Origin: a virus
DNA length: 64,000 bases
Strand: one strand, 5' to 3'
Virus record (IMG/VR): IMGVR_UViG_3300032308_002246
Coordinates: 64,001-128,000 of that record
Under the pieces are notes generated by a model. The model saw only the letters and a list, made by a program, of their open reading frames with translations, did no database searches and had not been told where the DNA came from. Both the position numbers and the translations under genes were made by a program. This document shows positions 46,534 through 57,343 of the stretch, in pieces; position 1 is the first letter of the stretch, and every line of letters begins with the position of its first letter.

Positions 46534-46703
46534 AGGAACTTTCCGAAGACCCTCGAGTGGCCGCAGCAGCCAGACTTGGCGAACTGTGGGGAACAGACCC
46601 AATCGTAATACTTAACTCGGAGCCAGATGAATGGCTGATTAGGTATGCATGCGCAAAGGTAATTGAAGCAGACCGTAAACGTGCAGAGAGCGAATCACGC
46701 TAA
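46512..46703 (+). CDS. -1 frameshift extension of the tail assembly chaperone (GT), slippery heptamer A AAC CCT at 46512-46518
   Basis: The -1 frame is open with no ATG: PYETVIEELSEDPRVAAAARLGELWGTDP...RAESESR*, ending just before the tape measure gene. Confidence 0.7.
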   Translation, partial: KPYETVIEELSEDPRVAAAARLGELWGTDPIVILNSEPDEWLIRYACAKVIEADRKRAESESR

Positions 46704-46741
46704 ACTAGTTGTGTCCTCCTATTGCTATTCTGAGGTAATCC

Positions 46742-49700
46742 GTGGCTGACGCACGCGCAACGATAAAAATAAATGTAATCACAGACAAGAAAGATTTTGC
46801 GTCTGCGATTGCACAAATGAACGGGCTAAATAGCGCACTCGGAAACGGCTCAACAAACTCAAATAAATTCACCCAGTCTCTAAATAAGACAACTACTTCT
46901 TTTAAAAGCTACTCTGGTGGCGCAATGGGTGCGGTAAAAGCAACCCGTGGTTTCAATAACCAAACATTGACTTCACAAAAACTTATTGGTGCATTGAATA
47001 AATCCATGAGAGCAATATTCTGGATTGTTATTGCATTGGGTATCGAGTTTGCAATAACAGCAGCCACGCTTGCATCAGTTAATGCAGCATTTACAGTTGG
47101 GAGAATGGCCGTCAAGGCCTACCATGTCTCACTAGGACTGCTCGCCGGCGCTCTAGCTTCAGTTACAGCAGCCATAGGCGTTGGTCTTGCTGCTTTTCAG
47201 GAATACACAGCAGCGATGACTGCGTTTAGCTACAAGGGCGTAAACGAACTTGGTGACGGCATGGAACAGTCATCGAGCGCAATGAGAAATTTTGCAAAAG
47301 ATACATCACTTGCAACCATGGGTGTTGTTGCACTAACTCAAGCTTATTCAACTATGGCAAAACAGGCACCTGTTAGTGCCGCTCAAAGAAAAGCACTTGC
47401 CGGAGCACTTGACTTTACAACTACTGCAGAAGACCCAAAGAAAGCATTCCAGAGTCTTTCTCAGTTTATTGGATTAGTAACAAAAGCAAAAAAAGTTGAC
47501 TCAAAAGCAACAAGAGCAGCTCAATCGGTTAGCCCTGAGTTTGCAAAAGCAGTAGCTGGACAAAAAGATAAATCAGCTGGAGCAATACTTGCGTCTTTGT
47601 CAAGTGGACAGTTGGCCACTTCTGCTGGCGTAAGTGGAAACTACAAGATGCAACAAACACTTGTTGGTCAATTCCAGTCTTTTTTAACAGACCTAGTTGT
47701 TCAGCTAACAGACTTTGGTAGAAAACTTTTAGAGCCAGCAAAAGATGTCCTTGATTCTTTTTACAAAAACTTTAGAAATGCATTCAGAAGAACAGAAGGA
47801 ATAATAAGCGGTTTTGCAACAGGCACAATGATGCCTGGATTGATAACAATCGGAAACACAATTGAAGAATTTTCAGTAAAACTCCTAAGAGATTATTTAC
47901 CAAAAATTAGCGGTGGTGCTGATTGGCTAAGAAAAACATTTAGCGACCTAAAAGCATCATTTGCTCAATTTGTTAATTCCTTAGACAAATTTAGAGCAGG
48001 TTCAAAAATAATTACAGACACCTTTGGAGAACCGTTACTTGCGCTATTTAAAGGATTTGGTAGAAATGCTGAACAACTTGGTTATCTTGCTGAAGACAAC
48101 GAAGAAGCATTTTTGAAGTGGGGTAAAGCTCTTGAAGGATTAGTATTCTCAATCTTTGATTTTTTTGCTGCAATGAAAGTTGCTTTCACAGAGGCACTTC
48201 CAGTGCTAACACAAATCGTAAATGGACTAGCGTCGTTGATTCGTGGTTTGTCTGCAGTTATAAGCCTTACTGGAACTCTTGGTGGCGGTGGAGGAAACAG
48301 CGGCACGGTAAATGCAGGAATGGGACCAGTCCTATCAGCGGCGCTTACGATGGGTCTCATGTATGGAGGATTTAAAGGTAGACGTCGTTTTGGAAGAGGT
48401 GGTGGGATAGGAACAAAAACTGGACCCTCAACTGCAAGCAAATATGGTTATCAGCAAGCCGCAATGAATCAGCCATTGTCCCAGGCTCTATTTGGGCAGT
48501 TGGGTTTTGGTGGAGTTATTGGCAGAACCGGTTCTGCTATCTCAGGGGGAAGGAGTTTTGGTTCAAAAATTTCCGGAGGGTTTACTGCCATGCTGGGTGG
48601 GAATTCACGTTCTGTTGCAAATCAAGGAGCTATAGCAGCTAACACAATGTACAGACAGCAAACCGGAAGAAATGCTACAAGCGGTCTTACTATCCCGAAG
48701 ATTGGGGATTTTGACCCATACACAGGTAAAACCATAACTAGCGCAAAAGATTTGGCAGATGCAAGAAGGGCACGGCGTTCATTAAACCGGCTGACATATA
48801 GAGACCTTTTAAAGACCGCAAGAACTGGCGACGCAAGAAATTTGAGCACAAGTGCCGCTGGTAGCGGTTTTGCAAAAACAACAGTAGGACGAACAAATCC
48901 TCTTACTGGCGCAACAATGAATGCCAGACAAGCTGCAATGTTTGGAATTAGAAGCAAGGTTGGTGGAGCAATGACTGGCCGAGTTGAGGCTATGCAGGCC
49001 GGTCTAAGAGGTTCGTTTACGCCTGGCCTTGGAATGGCTGGTTCACTGATTACGGCTTCTGGTGTTACCTCAAGGATAGGAAATGAAACAGCTCGTTCTG
49101 CTGTTGACATGGGCCTTGCCGGTTCATACTTTGGCAAGCGAGGCGCAATAGTTGGTGCCGGACTTGGTGTTATGTCTAAAACAACAAACTATTTAGCTGG
49201 TTCCATAGCTGGTGGTGCTACAGGCGCACAAATAGCTGGAGTTATAACAGCGGGCCTACCTCCACAAGCTCAAGCAATTGGTAAGGCTTTAGGTTTTGCT
49301 ATTGGTACAGCAGTTGGAATATTTACCGTGCGGGCCAGAAGAACAAAAATAGCAAAAGGTGTAGCTGACGCAATGGTCCAGCAAACTGGAGCGCGCTCTA
49401 TTGAAGCTCTGTTAAAAAGTCCAATATTGAGCACTGTTAGCGCCACTGCGCAAATTACCAAAGACACCAAAATATATGATAAAGCAATAGCTATGTCTAG
49501 AGGAGGCACTAGTGATTCTGCGGTAAGAGACTACCTGCTTTCGACCGGAACAATAACCCAACAGCAAGCACAAGCAATTGACATGAATGACGGTGGTTTT
49601 ATTGACCAACTTGAGTCAAATAATCTTGCTTTAAAAATGCAGGGCGAGTCTTACAAAAAATTTGAAAATAATATCAACGCATTAACCTTATCAACTGGCA

Positions 49701-51121
49701 AATCAAGAGCTGAAATATTCAAACTAGCCAAGGAAACAGGCGTTAATCTTTTTGATGCTACGAAGAGTTTAACTCAGAATTTTTCTGACCTTGGACTATC
49801 AATGAGAAAAACTGCAGAAGATATAAAAAATGCCATGCAGGATATAAGAACTTCAGCTTTAAACGAGCTAGACAAAGTTCGAGCCAGACGTGAGTCTTTT
49901 GAAGCGCTGCAATCAAGCCAAAGAGATTTAGCAGAGCTTGGAGCTGGGGCAACACAAGATGATTTTGCAAACTACCAAAGAACAATGTCTGATTTTGTTG
50001 CTGCTGCATTTCCAGACGACCCAGCAAAACAAATGGCGGTGTTTAGGGGTTTTGCAAGTGGCTCCATGTTTACTGACCCGAGCTCTCCATTTTTTGGTAA
50101 TAAAGGTTTAGAAACAGCATTCAACAGAACTCAAGACATTGGTGGTGGTTTGATGATTAGCGGCAGAAGCGCTGCTCAAGCTGCCGCAAATACGGCATAC
50201 CAGGGATACGCTTCGAAAATTGCTACTCCGGGTATAAGCGGAATGTTAAATCTTAGTGGAGCTCAGTTTGCCAGAGGAGATGTTGCTGGCAATGTTATAA
50301 ATGAAAGAATTGCAGCTGCAATATCTGGTGGAACATTTAACCAAACAGGTTTTGAAGAATTCTTAAAAACTGGGGATATGACAAATATTACCAACTCCGC
50401 AGAAATAATGAAATTGTTAGAAGGTTTTGGTGTTCAGTTTCAGGCAGGAGACGCAACTGCTCTTCAAACTCAAAACAACCTAGAAGCAGCAATACTTGCT
50501 GGAAGCCTCGATAAAGTAGCAACAGAGCTACATCAACAGTTTCTTGATGCTATAGAAACAGGTTTTGACTCAACTCCAGAGTGGTGGGAAACACAACCAA
50601 AGTGGTGGACTGAAATGCTTGCTGCTGGATTTGTTGGTGGTGACACAACTAGTTCAAGACGTGGCATGATTGGGGATACATCTACATCTAGAACCCTTGG
50701 AAGGACTCTTTCAGCGCATTCACGTTTTGATTCAGCTTTAACTGGTTCAAGAAAAATAACAAGTGCTTTTAGAACATTCGGTCTTGGTTCACCAAGCTCG
50801 GACCATGCTGCCGGAAGAGCGTATGACCTAACTGGACAGAATCTTGGACAATATGCGAAGATGATTTCTGACTCTGGAGGATTTGCAGAGTTTCACGGTT
50901 CTGCCAGTTCTAGACACCTCCATGTTGTTCCACCACTTGGCGATACTAGCGTTACAAGGGTTTCTTCAGGTAAGGGTTCCTCTTCAAGTGGTGGGGGAGT
51001 GGCATTAGCTCCTGTGACAGTAAATGTTTATGGAGCTGAAAATCAGTCTCCACAAGACATCGCTAGACAGGTAATTCAGGAAATTGAAAGAGCACAAAGA
51101 AATTGGAGAGAAAGGTACTAG
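46742..51121 (+). CDS. Tape measure protein with a C-terminal Zn peptidase-like (M15/LAS-type) domain
   Basis: 1459 aa, Ala/Gly-rich and helical, after the chaperone genes; SDHAAGRAYDL...RHLHV. Confidence 0.88.
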   Translation: MADARATIKINVITDKKDFASAIAQMNGLNSALGNGSTNSNKFTQSLNKTTTSFKSYSGGAMGAVKATRGFNNQTLTSQKLIGALNKSMRAIFWIVIALGIEFAITAATLASVNAAFTVGRMAVKAYHVSLGLLAGALASVTAAIGVGLAAFQEYTAAMTAFSYKGVNELGDGMEQSSSAMRNFAKDTSLATMGVVALTQAYSTMAKQAPVSAAQRKALAGALDFTTTAEDPKKAFQSLSQFIGLVTKAKKVDSKATRAAQSVSPEFAKAVAGQKDKSAGAILASLSSGQLATSAGVSGNYKMQQTLVGQFQSFLTDLVVQLTDFGRKLLEPAKDVLDSFYKNFRNAFRRTEGIISGFATGTMMPGLITIGNTIEEFSVKLLRDYLPKISGGADWLRKTFSDLKASFAQFVNSLDKFRAGSKIITDTFGEPLLALFKGFGRNAEQLGYLAEDNEEAFLKWGKALEGLVFSIFDFFAAMKVAFTEALPVLTQIVNGLASLIRGLSAVISLTGTLGGGGGNSGTVNAGMGPVLSAALTMGLMYGGFKGRRRFGRGGGIGTKTGPSTASKYGYQQAAMNQPLSQALFGQLGFGGVIGRTGSAISGGRSFGSKISGGFTAMLGGNSRSVANQGAIAANTMYRQQTGRNATSGLTIPKIGDFDPYTGKTITSAKDLADARRARRSLNRLTYRDLLKTARTGDARNLSTSAAGSGFAKTTVGRTNPLTGATMNARQAAMFGIRSKVGGAMTGRVEAMQAGLRGSFTPGLGMAGSLITASGVTSRIGNETARSAVDMGLAGSYFGKRGAIVGAGLGVMSKTTNYLAGSIAGGATGAQIAGVITAGLPPQAQAIGKALGFAIGTAVGIFTVRARRTKIAKGVADAMVQQTGARSIEALLKSPILSTVSATAQITKDTKIYDKAIAMSRGGTSDSAVRDYLLSTGTITQQQAQAIDMNDGGFIDQLESNNLALKMQGESYKKFENNINALTLSTGKSRAEIFKLAKETGVNLFDATKSLTQNFSDLGLSMRKTAEDIKNAMQDIRTSALNELDKVRARRESFEALQSSQRDLAELGAGATQDDFANYQRTMSDFVAAAFPDDPAKQMAVFRGFASGSMFTDPSSPFFGNKGLETAFNRTQDIGGGLMISGRSAAQAAANTAYQGYASKIATPGISGMLNLSGAQFARGDVAGNVINERIAAAISGGTFNQTGFEEFLKTGDMTNITNSAEIMKLLEGFGVQFQAGDATALQTQNNLEAAILAGSLDKVATELHQQFLDAIETGFDSTPEWWETQPKWWTEMLAAGFVGGDTTSSRRGMIGDTSTSRTLGRTLSAHSRFDSALTGSRKITSAFRTFGLGSPSSDHAAGRAYDLTGQNLGQYAKMISDSGGFAEFHGSASSRHLHVVPPLGDTSVTRVSSGKGSSSSGGGVALAPVTVNVYGAENQSPQDIARQVIQEIERAQRNWRERY

Positions 51122-51123
51122 TT

Positions 51124-52380
51124 ATGGCCATCTCTAGAATAAGGCGCTCAACTACCACATCAATAAAAGTTGGAGAGAGAACACCAGTTACAACTGTTTC
51201 CACTGGGACCCTAATACGCTCGATGCAACAAATAAATTTGGGCACCGACACACCACTTCAATACGAGTTTCATTTTGGAATATCAACATTTACTCACGAT
51301 TCAAGTGGCGTTCTTTATACAGAAATTCCAAGGCCATTAAATCTTCCATTAGTTGATGCAACTTCGCAAAAACTTGAAAGATGCAGTTTTGAGTTTTTAA
51401 TAGCAGTTCCATACGATTCACTTGGCAGTTCAATTGATTCGCATATAACACTTTTGCAAGATTTTGCAAATGAAGCACGTCCGGTTCAGTTTTATAATGT
51501 GCATTCTGCTTTGGCCACAAAAACATGGAATATAGATTCGATTACATTTCAAGTAACTAGGGTAAACGAGTCTGGAAAAGCAACCGCAGTTACTTGCAAT
51601 ATGTCATTGGTTGAGTCAATTGCAAGGACCGAAAGATTTATACAACTGCCTAAATTTACATACACAATACCCAAGGGTGTTGGTTTAAGTGGCACTACAG
51701 GAACTGGACCAACTGGAGACAAAACACCACCAGACGGAACAACTAATAGCATAATTAGAATACAAGGAACAAGCGCTGGTATTACAGTTGCAACCACAGC
51801 AACCAACCATGGTTTAAAAAGCGGCACATATGTGAAGATAACAATGATGCAATCGCTTTCGCCATCAATACTTGCGCTAAATGCTGGTGGAGCACCGGTG
51901 CAGATAACCGTAAGTTCAGTGACTCCAACAAAATTTACCTATCGCAGTCCTGGTGGTGGATTTTTAGATGATACAGAAATTGCTGCTGGAGATGCAACAT
52001 ACACTGTTACTTCAGCAGTAGCTTCGTCTAGTGCATGGGTTTTTAGTGCACCTGCAAGCTCATATCAAAATACTGGGAATACCGCTGCATCAACAACAAA
52101 AACTACAAATACAGCAAGTACGACAAAAAAAACAGACGTAGTTGTTACTCTTGACGCAGAAATACTAGCTTACGACGGCGTTGGACCATTAACCAAAGAC
52201 CAAGTTGCCAAATACCTGTATGGTCTAAAATCTAGCAATCAAGATTTGTACAATAGGGAGATAGGCAAAACTGATTCAGCTGCTTATCAAAAAGCAGTAT
52301 CATACTTAACAAAATTGTGGACAGAATACGGTCAAGACATAAGAAAAGTAACACTTCAAGAAATAGTTCAGAATATCTGA
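51124..52380 (+). CDS. Baseplate / tube-initiator-like protein
   Basis: Follows tape measure; WNIDSITFQVTR...AVTCNMSLVE; ATG at 51124 within track ORF 51103..52380. Confidence 0.6.
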   Translation: MAISRIRRSTTTSIKVGERTPVTTVSTGTLIRSMQQINLGTDTPLQYEFHFGISTFTHDSSGVLYTEIPRPLNLPLVDATSQKLERCSFEFLIAVPYDSLGSSIDSHITLLQDFANEARPVQFYNVHSALATKTWNIDSITFQVTRVNESGKATAVTCNMSLVESIARTERFIQLPKFTYTIPKGVGLSGTTGTGPTGDKTPPDGTTNSIIRIQGTSAGITVATTATNHGLKSGTYVKITMMQSLSPSILALNAGGAPVQITVSSVTPTKFTYRSPGGGFLDDTEIAAGDATYTVTSAVASSSAWVFSAPASSYQNTGNTAASTTKTTNTASTTKKTDVVVTLDAEILAYDGVGPLTKDQVAKYLYGLKSSNQDLYNREIGKTDSAAYQKAVSYLTKLWTEYGQDIRKVTLQEIVQNI

Positions 52381-52386
52381 TAGCAA

Positions 52387-53886
52387 ATGGCACAATCAAT
52401 TTATGAAGGATATCCTTCCGAACCAGAACCAATCATCGCTGGAAATATAAATGTACTTGCTAGGCCCCAGATTAGAACACGAAAAAAAACTGATGGCTCA
52501 ATCGTAATTGACCCAGCTGGTCCAGATGTTTCAACTCTAATTACAGCTACTTTAACAAAAAGAATAAACGGCGAACTTCGTGATATAAATTTACCATTAT
52601 TGAGTTCAGACGGCAGGACTGTTTACACAGAAGCTCAAGCTTGGGCTCAGTATCAAAAAGATGGCCTTCATTTGGGCATATTTGAAAAAGTAAAAAAACA
52701 GTATAAATCATCAAACGGAGTATTTGAATCAAAACTCATCGCTGTCATAGCTGCCGAAAAGCTTTCAGAATTAGAACAGGCAAGAGTAAATGCCTTAATC
52801 AAATTAAATTCATCTGCATATAATGGAAATGATTATGCAATATCAGATAGAACAGATATACAAGAAATACTATCAATATTCAACATAACTGGACTTAGGC
52901 AAAGTGAATCAGAAACTCTTGCTAGAAGAATGACATCACTGACAGTAAGTTATTCATCCAATGCATCAACCGAGGTTTCAGTTCAATATTTAGACACAAA
53001 CTACAGTATTTTAGAAAATAGATATTTTGACTTAAGAAGAGATGTCCTCTATCGAGGCAGGTCATACGAGGTTGGCGAGGTTTCAACTTCTCCTGGCTCT
53101 GGCGGGTCACCTGTTGTAAGCATTAGGTGTTGGCCAAAAAATGTTCAGCTGATGAAAAGAGATAAAAAACCTGAACTTATTGCTGGAACAAATGGTTTTG
53201 AATACGCTCAATCTGTTGCAAGACGTTACAGCATGCCTTTTATTGGCCAAAAAACGGGAAAACAACAAGCACTTTTTAAGGCAAGGACATCAAGCGGTGC
53301 AGACAGTTCGGTGTGGAATGTTCTGGGCGAGGCAGCTGGACAAAACCAGTATCAATTATTTGAAGTAGATGGGCAGCTAATTTACGGTTCTCTCCAATGG
53401 ATGCTTTGGAAGTTTGGATTATCTTCAAAACTATCGCCAAAGGGAACAACACAAAAATATATTGATTTGGTCTACAACCCGAATCTACCAAATAACGGTG
53501 CCGTTGATACTGAAGTGGAAACAACAATATATTCATATTCGCCAACCGGCGGCGGCCCGTCATCAATGGTTTATGACGATACTGGAATAGTGGCAGAAAA
53601 GTTAATTACAAAAGTAGAGTCAAAAGCTTTTGAGCTGACAACATGGCCAGAAATAAGAAGGTCAGAAAATGATGGCCTAGAGGGGGATGGTACGGCTACG
53701 TTAAAATCTCCAAATGGAAGATTGATACGACCAGGGCACACTGTTTTCTTTTCGGGAATGCCAGAGTTTTTTAGAGGTGGATATATAGTAAGCGGTGTTT
53801 CATTTTCTGAATTTGATTCTCAACCAGTGCAGATAAATTTTAACACTCCACAAAAACCAAAAGACCAGAAAAAACCAACAGAGTAG
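52387..53886 (+). CDS. Baseplate hub protein (gp27 / Mu gp44-like) with an extra N-terminal domain
   Basis: SVWNVL...YQLFEVDGQLIYG; IRPGHTVFFSG...GYIVSGVS; position in the baseplate block. Confidence 0.65.
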   Translation: MAQSIYEGYPSEPEPIIAGNINVLARPQIRTRKKTDGSIVIDPAGPDVSTLITATLTKRINGELRDINLPLLSSDGRTVYTEAQAWAQYQKDGLHLGIFEKVKKQYKSSNGVFESKLIAVIAAEKLSELEQARVNALIKLNSSAYNGNDYAISDRTDIQEILSIFNITGLRQSESETLARRMTSLTVSYSSNASTEVSVQYLDTNYSILENRYFDLRRDVLYRGRSYEVGEVSTSPGSGGSPVVSIRCWPKNVQLMKRDKKPELIAGTNGFEYAQSVARRYSMPFIGQKTGKQQALFKARTSSGADSSVWNVLGEAAGQNQYQLFEVDGQLIYGSLQWMLWKFGLSSKLSPKGTTQKYIDLVYNPNLPNNGAVDTEVETTIYSYSPTGGGPSSMVYDDTGIVAEKLITKVESKAFELTTWPEIRRSENDGLEGDGTATLKSPNGRLIRPGHTVFFSGMPEFFRGGYIVSGVSFSEFDSQPVQINFNTPQKPKDQKKPTE

Positions 53887-53891
53887 GAAAA

Positions 53892-54272
53892 ATGTTAGTA
53901 CCTTCAACTCCAAGATACTCAGTATCAAACTCTTCTAAAGCAAGCAGTTCTCCATTAATTCCAAATAGCGTTTTTGTTGGTCGGGTTGTTAGAATAAGTG
54001 GAGGAGTTTTTGTAAACGTTCCAAAGCTTGCACAGAACCAGATATTCGGTCCATGTAAAGTTTTTTCAAAATACCCGTCAATTGGCGACAGTGTTTTGGT
54101 GGGTTTTCTTGATGGGGCCAAAACAGAACTTGCAGTTTTTGGTGCTCAGTCAACAAATAAAAGGATTTCCGGCATTGACGACCCAGTATTAGCATCAGAT
54201 GCTGCAACAAAAAAATATGTTGATGACGAAATACTTGAGCTAAAAGCCTGGGTTCAAGCAAACTTTGATTAA
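53892..54272 (+). CDS. Baseplate spike (gpV-like), short
   Basis: VFVGRVV...VNVP...PSIGDSVLVGFLDG; DAATKKYVD. Confidence 0.65.
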   Translation: MLVPSTPRYSVSNSSKASSSPLIPNSVFVGRVVRISGGVFVNVPKLAQNQIFGPCKVFSKYPSIGDSVLVGFLDGAKTELAVFGAQSTNKRISGIDDPVLASDAATKKYVDDEILELKAWVQANFD

Positions 54273-54290
54273 GAATGAGAGAATGTATAT

Positions 54291-54587
54291 ATGCCTTTGC
54301 TAAAATTTCCACTTACATTTGACCAGTCCGGTACAGCTGAGTTAATTGAAGACGGCGACACCGCACAATACGACCAGGTTATAGCGCTTACAATGCGTAC
54401 TATCCCAGGTGAACACCCGCTTGAGCCTGCATATGGGACAATTGACCCAACATTTGAAGCCGGTGAACCGCAGGGTTTTAGACAGTCAATTAATTCTTTT
54501 TGGCCCGAAATAATAGTTACGTCAATTGATAGAGGAAGACCAGATTCAAATGGTACAGATAGAATAAATGTCTCTTATGAATTGTAG
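54291..54587 (+). CDS. Baseplate wedge gp25/gpW-like protein
   Basis: LTMRTIPGEHPLEPAYG. Confidence 0.75.
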   Translation: MPLLKFPLTFDQSGTAELIEDGDTAQYDQVIALTMRTIPGEHPLEPAYGTIDPTFEAGEPQGFRQSINSFWPEIIVTSIDRGRPDSNGTDRINVSYEL

Positions 54588-54592
54588 GGAAA

Positions 54593-56095
54593 ATGCCGTC
54601 GCCTGACTTTAGTACATACATTGATTTTTCTGGTTTTGACGAACAACCAGCTGCTGTTTATCAAGATGCTGTTGCGTATGCTCAAACAGCTTTGCCAGAA
54701 TTCAACCCACGGCCCGGCACGATAGAAGATGCAATTTTGCAGGCCGGAGCGTATGTTGGGGCATTGTCAATAGGCGCAATCAACAGACTCCCAAACGGTT
54801 TGGTTGAAGGCATTTTAAAAATTATGGGTGTTACCAGAATAGAGTCAACTGCTGGAACGGTTGATGTAGAAATTGAATTTTTTGATGCAGGGCAAACTGT
54901 AGATGCTGGAACACTTTTTGTTTACGATTATTTTGATGGCTCACAAGTAATACAATTGCCTTTTGTTTTGACTGATGCGGTAACGGCTGCTGAGGCTGAA
55001 ACAACAGTAACAACAACATTGACATCATTGATAAATGGTGTAATACCATCAATTGCTATAGGCACACAGTTCTTGCCCGCATCTCCTAGCTCTGTAATAT
55101 TTTCTTGCACTACGACATCTGTAGTTTCTCAAGGCGATTCAAGCGAAACAGAAACTCAGTTCCTAAATAGGGCAGCAACATATCTTCAGTCTTTGAGTTC
55201 AACACTCAATACAGCAACACAGATTGAAAACTATGTACTTTTAAATTATTCAAATGTAAAAAGATGCAAAGTTTACGACCTTGTTCGCCCAACCGCTTTT
55301 ACCGCAACATCTGGAAATGGTTACCACTTAGGCACTTCAGCAAGCGCATATGTAAACCCAGCTTTTGCTTCATCTGCTTCTGCTCATCCTGGTACTACAT
55401 ATAGGTTTATAACACCAGAGTTCTATGGAGATACAACATACTCCGACACATTCCCAAGCGGTGTTTACACGACTGTTTCTGACGGCTTAAGTCTAAATGC
55501 GGCACAGTCGCTATTAACATACACTGACAATGTTTCATCAACGGCTTCAGTTGGAGAATATGTTGATGTTGTGATGATGGACACGCTCTTGTCAAGCTAT
55601 ACGGAAAACAACGAAGAGCCTGGATATTTTGCAATTTTTGTAATTGGAGAAGATGGGCTTCCAGTCGGTAGAGAAACAAAAAATATAATCAAATCAGATA
55701 TTAAATCACGGGTTTCAGCTGGATTGATTTTTGATGTGATTGACGCATCCGTTTATTATTTAAATGTTAATGCGACTATTGCAGTAAGGGCTGGTTTTAA
55801 CTCAACGACAGTTTCTACGGATGTCAAAACAGAGATTGAATCTTTTATTTCTCCCAATCAATGGCCTCAATTTGATTCATCCTTAAGAATATTTGACTTA
55901 GTTGGTCGAATACTTTCTGTTGAGGGTGTTCAGTATGTTTCGGCAATTAGTACATCAATTCCAGACTATCCAGATGTGCCGTATGGAAATAATTTATTGG
56001 TTCAAGAAATAACAACCGGGGCAACAGTTACATCCTATGAATCCTTATACGTCGGAACCCTGCCTCAAGCAGTTGTGGAAATTATTGTTTTGTAA
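54593..56095 (+). CDS. Baseplate J-like protein
   Basis: LPEFNPRPGTIEDAIL...GDSSETETQFLNR...ILSVEGVQYV. Confidence 0.85.
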   Translation: MPSPDFSTYIDFSGFDEQPAAVYQDAVAYAQTALPEFNPRPGTIEDAILQAGAYVGALSIGAINRLPNGLVEGILKIMGVTRIESTAGTVDVEIEFFDAGQTVDAGTLFVYDYFDGSQVIQLPFVLTDAVTAAEAETTVTTTLTSLINGVIPSIAIGTQFLPASPSSVIFSCTTTSVVSQGDSSETETQFLNRAATYLQSLSSTLNTATQIENYVLLNYSNVKRCKVYDLVRPTAFTATSGNGYHLGTSASAYVNPAFASSASAHPGTTYRFITPEFYGDTTYSDTFPSGVYTTVSDGLSLNAAQSLLTYTDNVSSTASVGEYVDVVMMDTLLSSYTENNEEPGYFAIFVIGEDGLPVGRETKNIIKSDIKSRVSAGLIFDVIDASVYYLNVNATIAVRAGFNSTTVSTDVKTEIESFISPNQWPQFDSSLRIFDLVGRILSVEGVQYVSAISTSIPDYPDVPYGNNLLVQEITTGATVTSYESLYVGTLPQAVVEIIVL

Positions 56096-57336
56096 TGGCT
56101 TCAGTTTTTAATCGCCTAACTGGTTCTGCTTCAACCCTTTCCTCACTTGGTGGTTCTGAAGAGTGGTATGTTTCCGGTGCGTCATACACAAACTTGTTGA
56201 ATTCAGATATACGAGTTGGAAGTGAATTTAAACAAGTTGAACTAACCCCAACCGCAAGCGCATGCTATTTACGAATTGACTCGGTAAACATGGATGCTTC
56301 CGACTATCAGTACGCTGCCCAAATGACTTTTGGCGTCAACATGCCAGCTGGTGGAGAAATCAATGTAAAAATATTTGATGATGGAAGTCAAATAGAATCT
56401 TATGGTTTAACGAATTTTACAATCCCGCCAACAACAAGCTCCCTTTATTCAAGTTCTCTCCAAAATCCAGCTTGGCGGGTATACAGAACAAACGAAATGT
56501 ATGTTCCAAGCTACAACGGAGCACATCCAGTAGTTTCAATTGAGATTGAATTCATTCCAGATAATCAATCAGACAAGATATATTTTACAAGTCCGATTCT
56601 TTGCAGCTCTACTGATGCTGCAAGATTTGGAGAAGCATTGCTTCAGATGGTCAGGCATATTCCTGTTGAATACCTTGACACAGGAGACATTCAGCAAAAT
56701 CCCGATTATGCTCTGCAACGTTTTGTTGATGTTGCTTTTGAGGGTCTTGATAGAGCCCTTAAGCAGTCTTTTTCTTTTCAACACTACGACATCTCTGAGG
56801 GCTACGACGAAAACGACATCCGGACAAAAAGTTATCTTGTCAATCCAGATGTAGCAGATACAGACGAATTAAAGTGGCTTGCTCAATTCGCCGGCACTGA
56901 ACCAATTTCAAAACTTGAATCAAGCGCTGACCCATCTGACCCATTTATTCTTGGAGAGACTGAGGGAGATGGATTTAGTACTCTTAACGGTGGAGACGCT
57001 TTGAGATTCACCACATCAGCTCTTCTTGAGCCACCCTCAAATACCGCTGAACTACAAAAAGAGTTTTTGCAATGGCAAGCAACAAATGGGTATTACGGAA
57101 TTAACGCAGGTTCGATTACAGCTGTTGAAGAAGCGGTAAAAAGATTGATGATTGGAGAGCAACAGGTATCAATAACCCTCCAGCATGACGGCCCTTTTAC
57201 CGTTTTGATAGAGACCCCATGGGAGCAAACATACGGAGCTTCCGAGGAAAAAGTTGGAGAATCGCTGAGCGTTGTTGAGGAAGCAATTTCTTATGCAAAG
57301 CCAATCGGGGTAAAAGTAACACATGTATTAACATAG
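56095..57336 (+). CDS. Baseplate wedge / gpI-like protein
   Basis: Follows J; LVNPDVA..ELKWLAQFAG; GSITAVEEAV; AKPIGVKV. Confidence 0.7.
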   Translation: MASVFNRLTGSASTLSSLGGSEEWYVSGASYTNLLNSDIRVGSEFKQVELTPTASACYLRIDSVNMDASDYQYAAQMTFGVNMPAGGEINVKIFDDGSQIESYGLTNFTIPPTTSSLYSSSLQNPAWRVYRTNEMYVPSYNGAHPVVSIEIEFIPDNQSDKIYFTSPILCSSTDAARFGEALLQMVRHIPVEYLDTGDIQQNPDYALQRFVDVAFEGLDRALKQSFSFQHYDISEGYDENDIRTKSYLVNPDVADTDELKWLAQFAGTEPISKLESSADPSDPFILGETEGDGFSTLNGGDALRFTTSALLEPPSNTAELQKEFLQWQATNGYYGINAGSITAVEEAVKRLMIGEQQVSITLQHDGPFTVLIETPWEQTYGASEEKVGESLSVVEEAISYAKPIGVKVTHVLT

Positions 57337-57343
57337 GGGGCAC

